Below are positions 60,818-64,000 of a stretch of DNA of 64,000 nt, piece by piece (position 1 is the stretch's first letter; each line of letters opens with the position of its first letter). This DNA comes from Amoeboaphelidium protococcarum X5. Lineage: Eukaryota > Fungi > Aphelidiomycota. The translations under genes and the position numbers were made by a program. Where the stretch lies: positions 186,001-250,000 of the forward strand of contig JALDTO010000208.1 of the NCBI GenBank assembly GCA_023515725.1. Direction: 5' to 3'. Below the pieces are notes generated by a model. It did no database searches, had not been told where the DNA came from, and saw only the letters and a list, made by a program, of their open reading frames with translations.

Positions 60818-63001
60818 TCACATCTTTGCTTCATTGTAACAAATATTGAGCATTTGGATCACATCAACCATTGACAATTGAACATCCAACATTTCCTGGG
60901 ACTAGATAAGTGGACTCAATGGCTGTTGTAAACTGACAGGCGACGTTGCTGCACTACCACTGCCACTTGCACTACCAGACTTCACCTCCTCCTGTATCTG
61001 CTACTACCTTGCGCGTAATTCAATTGCCAATCTCTTATTATCAAAGTCCACACCAGCCTGAGCCAGCTGTGAAACCAGACGTTGTAATCTTTCGTAAAAG
61101 TAATGCATACCGCGTATCAGGACTTGAACTGACACTTTGCCACTGACTGCATTCATACATCTCAGCAAAACTTCAAGAGATCCTTCACCAGTCACCATAC
61201 CGTACTATTAATTGAGAGCTGCATAAAATGGAGATTCTCCTTCAATAATCTACCGCCATATTCTATCATTAATTTCGTCCAGGGTGCCGTTCACTTCATC
61301 CAAATCATACTTCTGTCTCATAACTTTCGGCTTCTGTAAAGGGTACGTATGGATTATCAGCGGGCGCACGTAATAAGCAATGAACGCCAATGCCATATAA
61401 ATTTCACCATGCACGGACTTTTAAGATCTAAATACAATCAGCTCCTTCCACAAAATCAGGACAGAATCCAAGTATGGCTCTCTCAGTGACTAATTAAACT
61501 TATCTCCAATAATCTCCACCTATTCACATCTCAAATCTCTCTTGAACAGAAGCAGCAGAGACTTGAAAAACCAAAAGAAACTCATTGAGCCATGTCTGTT
61601 ATTGTTCATCTTATCTTCTAGAATGCTTTTAGTGCCACTTTAGCTGGAAGTCTGCTAAGCATTAGTAGAGTCTGAAGCATTGACGTCATTATTGTTAGAT
61701 GCAGAAGATGTCTCCAACTCCGTCCAATCATCCTCAACATCTCTAGCAGTGATGGCCTCATCATCTTATGTTTAATCTTGCTGGGCAGAACTTGTCTAAT
61801 TTTCTGAAGCATTACTCTAATGAGCACGATTATCATTAGGATTGGACGTGCTAAACTTATCATGAGAGTCCAAGTCTGTCAAATGTTGTGCAAACACAGG
61901 ATCGAGCCACTTGATGCAATGAGATAGCATATTAAATCGAACATTCATACCACTCTAATTGGTGAGGTAATTAGAGAATATATCTCGCGTAAAAAGAAGG
62001 CCACTCACACTGCTTTAGTCTTCGCTATTACTATCATCACCTAATAAGTTGATATCATGGCTCTATGGACCAAACATGAATGATTCGATTAATGCAAAAG
62101 ATAAAGCAAATTGAACATTATCAGCTCCCGGGATCTAATTGTATCTCTACTTGAGACTGTCACTGTTTATAATACAAACGAGATAGAGGAAAGGACTTAG
62201 CAGATCAGACATTCCCTAGACATATCCAACCTCAGGATGTCTAAAAGCCAGACTGAACAAAACCAACCGCATTAATCTCAATCGAGGATTAGACAGATAA
62301 TTAGAAGCATCATCACACTAATACATAGTAATACTTGCATCAGTTCTCACTATATCTTTATCTATTCTATGCAATATCGTATCCAGTTCTAAAGGATCAT
62401 TATTATCGTTACCAACCTGCTCTGGAGACTTTATCATCCACTCTGATTCAACCTGATTACGCACAGTCAGGATTGAATCCAAATATGACCGATTATCATC
62501 AAAGTTAATTCTAAGACTTGACAGCAGTTCATCTAACAATTGCAGATAATCAATCTTGAGGTCCTCGCTGCGTTATTATTCATCACTTTCAGTCTCAACA
62601 ATTTAGCCATAACTCACATCAACAGGAGGCATATCAATATCTATGCGATACTATTCATACAGAAATCTTTAGAGTAGAGCCTCGGTCTCCCATTCATACT
62701 ACTTTTATCTCAGCTGAATATCCTCTTCATTAACAATAGTATTCTATTAACTGCTCTAAGAGTGCAGATCCCCAGCGGAAAACAGAGTATTATCATCATT
62801 CTATCTAGAACCACCTTGCAGACTATCTCTAGCCTTATCAATGAAAGAGTCTGCCATATCCAACACTGACAATATCCGTTCTCCATCTCTCAGCTCTCTC
62901 TCCTGCACCACACGCTTCAACTACCCAATACCACTCTTGGCCCCATGCTCCACAATCGACAGAGCTTCATGCGTCCTACTAGCCAGCCAATCCAAATTCA
63001 T
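60818..63001 (-). CDS. TBC-domain Rab GTPase-activating protein (Gyp7/TBC1D15-like), 727 aa
   Basis: Arg finger IDKDIVRTD, Gln finger GYV[TAG]GMSDLLSPF, FFWFFKSLLLLFKRD. Confidence 0.9.
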
Positions 63002-63408
63002 TATTTACAATAAGATCACTTGAAATATCACTAAATATATCAAATAGATATCTTGATGGTAATGAACTAGACAGAGAAGAATAGAGTATATTAAAAAGAA
63101 TATATTCGATTGTTTTAAACACGGAAAAGAAACGTTTGAAATCAATCGGGAGAGAGGAGGAAAGAACAAGTTAAGTTACGATGAGTACTGAGACAAGCGG
63201 CTCGATAAGTCGCGCGCTGACTCATTCACTCAAACAGCACTAAGCGTCACATTGCGAGACAAGATGGTGCAAGTATAGGAATGGATGCGAAATACTGTAC
63301 CCAAATGGCGTAATCCCTTAATGAGTAGCTTGAAACATTATAAAATTATACACATAGTTTAAACATCTTCATCATCTAACATCAGAACATTAAGAAAGAC
63401 ACATGTTG

Positions 63409-64000
63409 TCAATCAACAGAAACCGCCTCGTCTTGACTGATCGCTGAAGAAGCAATCGAACGCGGGCCCTTCTTAATACTCGAAGACTTGTTGTTGTTGT
63501 TGTTGTTATTGATGCTTCCATTAAACACTTTAAATAAATCACCACGAGGCTTTTATCGCTTAGCATTCTTATTACCGCTTTCATTCACTGGCATGGCCAC
63601 ATAATTACCCGGTGCAGTCTAAGCTTCAGATTATGAATTAATCACTCCGGTCACCGTTTAGTATCGCGATACAACAGGTGATTTACTCACTGTGACACCT
63701 GCACGCAACTCTATATCTCTTCCGCCATTTGCATTAAATTATTCTTCATTGAGAATAATCTAATTATTATTACTGTAATTATTGTCAGTCATGTCTTTAT
63801 CAATACCATTCACTTTATCATTCTCACTCAGTTATCGGCTGCCGGCGTCATGATTTCCACCACTTTATTAGAATGGAGACTGAGAGTAAAGACGTGAGTA
63901 TTCTGAGATCTTATCCACAGTATTGGAACTGTATCGCTTCCAATTGAGACTATTGCTTTTACTCTTAACAGTACTAGAACTCATACTACCATTAGGAGAT
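63409..64000 (-). CDS. 3' end of a gene that starts beyond the window; low-complexity Ser/Asn-rich tail
   Basis: 196 codons open under table 6 from the window edge to TGA 63409-63411. Confidence 0.6.

Noticed and set aside
1-64000. Reading the many in-frame TAA/TAG as pseudogenisation or poor sequence quality
   Set aside because: Frames stay open without frameshifts or TGA, essential genes (RPS15, TFB5, ILV1) are affected, and TAR sits at conserved Gln positions.
1-64000. tRNA (including a suppressor-type tRNA-Gln), rRNA, CRISPR or prokaryotic operon features
   Set aside because: No cloverleaf, rRNA or repeat-spacer pattern recognised by eye; tRNAscan-SE would be needed to exclude tRNAs.

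Overview
A gene-dense, AT-rich eukaryotic nuclear window, fungal/opisthokont in gene content. The supplied ORF track is fragmented because it assumes the standard code. Here TAA and TAG encode glutamine and TGA is the only stop (translation table 6). Conserved Gln residues fall on TAA/TAG, e.g. the TBC Gln-finger YV[TAG]G, the Rieske YHGW[TAG] and Bud20 DLD[TAG]IHEDL. Re-read this way, about 38 genes tile the window, all complete ones ending in TGA, with few and short (55-81 nt) GT-AG introns. This code together with fungal-like genes matches what is known for the aphelid algal parasitoid Amoeboaphelidium protococcarum (inference; not verified). Genes include BUD20, a mitochondrial RbfA-domain protein, PCBD, a PaO/Tic55/CAO-like Rieske oxygenase, an OSCA/TMEM63 channel, a syntaxin-8-like SNARE, FMP32/CCDC90, ILV1, a divergent homeodomain, TFB5, an AlkB-family dioxygenase, mtSSB, two UNC-93-like MFS transporters, UMP1, a CDF Zn transporter, RPS15, Spindly, SCP2, STK11IP-like, TPR/MLP-like, F-box/LRR, HSBP1, PH-INPP4, TSR4, SPO11, malonyl-CoA decarboxylase, Obg/MTG2, Tag1/DUF3712-like and a TBC Rab-GAP. 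Three segments are not explained by genes. (1) A ~2 kb Tc1/mariner relic whose interior is replaced by unrelated sequence carrying an intact small ORF (9120-11131). (2) A ~280 nt highly structured candidate ncRNA that I could not assign to a family (42522-42804, minus). (3) A GC-rich 1.2 kb insertion with a duplicated stem-loop (59368-60603). All calls come from manual translation and motif recall; no database searches were run.
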